In this document: piece by piece, positions 63,465 through 64,000 of the stretch | Numbering within the stretch: the stretch's first letter is position 1 | Layout: every line of letters starts with the position of its first letter | Origin: Gammaproteobacteria bacterium | GTDB taxonomy: Bacteria > Pseudomonadota > Gammaproteobacteria > JBCCGL01 | Length of the DNA stretch: 64,000 nucleotides | Assembly: GCA_965277715.1 (NCBI GenBank) | Contig: OZ255836.1 | Span: 2,912,001-2,976,000, forward strand | Direction of reading: 5' to 3' | Made by a program: the position numbers and the translations under genes | The notes under the pieces: model-generated | Databases searched by the model: none | What the model was told of the DNA's origin: nothing | The model's input: only the letters and a program-made list of their open reading frames with translations

Positions 63465-64000
63465 GGTTCTTCCCCGGTTTGTGTGAGGTTATAGTATTTC
63501 ATCCCCCCTTTGCTATTGAGAGACTCCGGTGCTATCGAGCCTTGAAGAACACTACAGCCAGCTCCTGGGCCTGACAGATGACTGGTCAGTGACATCAGTT
63601 GATTTAGACCCTTCAGGGTTAAAAGTATCCATTTCGTTGGCATTTAGCGGCAACCACGGCCCTTGTTCGCACTGTGGCGAAGTGAGTCCGTTCTATGATC
63701 ACCGTTCACAAGAGCGATCCTGGAGACACCTGGATACTATGCAGTTTGAAACGCGCCTACACAGTCGCATTCCCCGAGTAAATTGTCTGGAGCATGGTGT
63801 TAAAAGTATGGTGTTACCCTGGGCAAGCAAGCGCAGTCGTTTTACGTTGTTGTTTGAATTATTTTCCATCAGGGTGTTGCAAGCCTCACGTAGCGTCGAA
63901 GAGGCGCGTAAGTTACTGGGGCTTAGCTGGAACGCAGTGGAAGCCATCAAAGCCCGCGCTGTCGAGCGGGGACTTTCGCGTCGGGAATTGGTGACAATTG
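63465..64000 (+). mobile_element. ISL3-family element (left part); transposase from 63529 runs off the window
   Basis: GGTTCTT terminus; CSHCG zinc finger, RSWRHLD, PRVNC..HGV, LPWA..SRFT..FE. Confidence 0.88.

Overview
Chromosomal window of a gammaproteobacterium, probably marine (TMAO transport and sensing genes). Positions 1-51.5 kb are mostly core and metabolic genes: tyrS, an M23 peptidase, anmK, hemCDXY, algZR-like two-component genes, argH, ttcA, ileS-lspA-ispH, ubiEJB and coaD. They also include an amine/osmolyte block: a TmoXWV-like TMAO ABC transporter, TorS/TorT without torR or torCAD, two ureohydrolases, a dimethylglycine dehydrogenase-like enzyme and a SABATH-type methyltransferase. 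Several MITE-like repeats are scattered through this part. Positions 51.7-64 kb are a mobile island upstream of coaD built around a short GGGG(T)CA(GG) motif. A REP-associated-type tyrosine transposase (RAYT/HUH-Y1) is bracketed by ~32-bp inverted repeats ending in this motif. Two ~93-bp motif-bounded direct repeats enclose an AT-rich, defence-like operon (Arc regulator, Zn-finger protein, GHKL ATPase-PD-(D/E)xK nuclease, small ORF). An IS4 element and an IS1111 element have both inserted into the motif, and the IS1111 3' non-coding region contains readable target and donor guide segments of a bridge/seekRNA. Family assignments come from recognising motifs by eye; no database searches were run.
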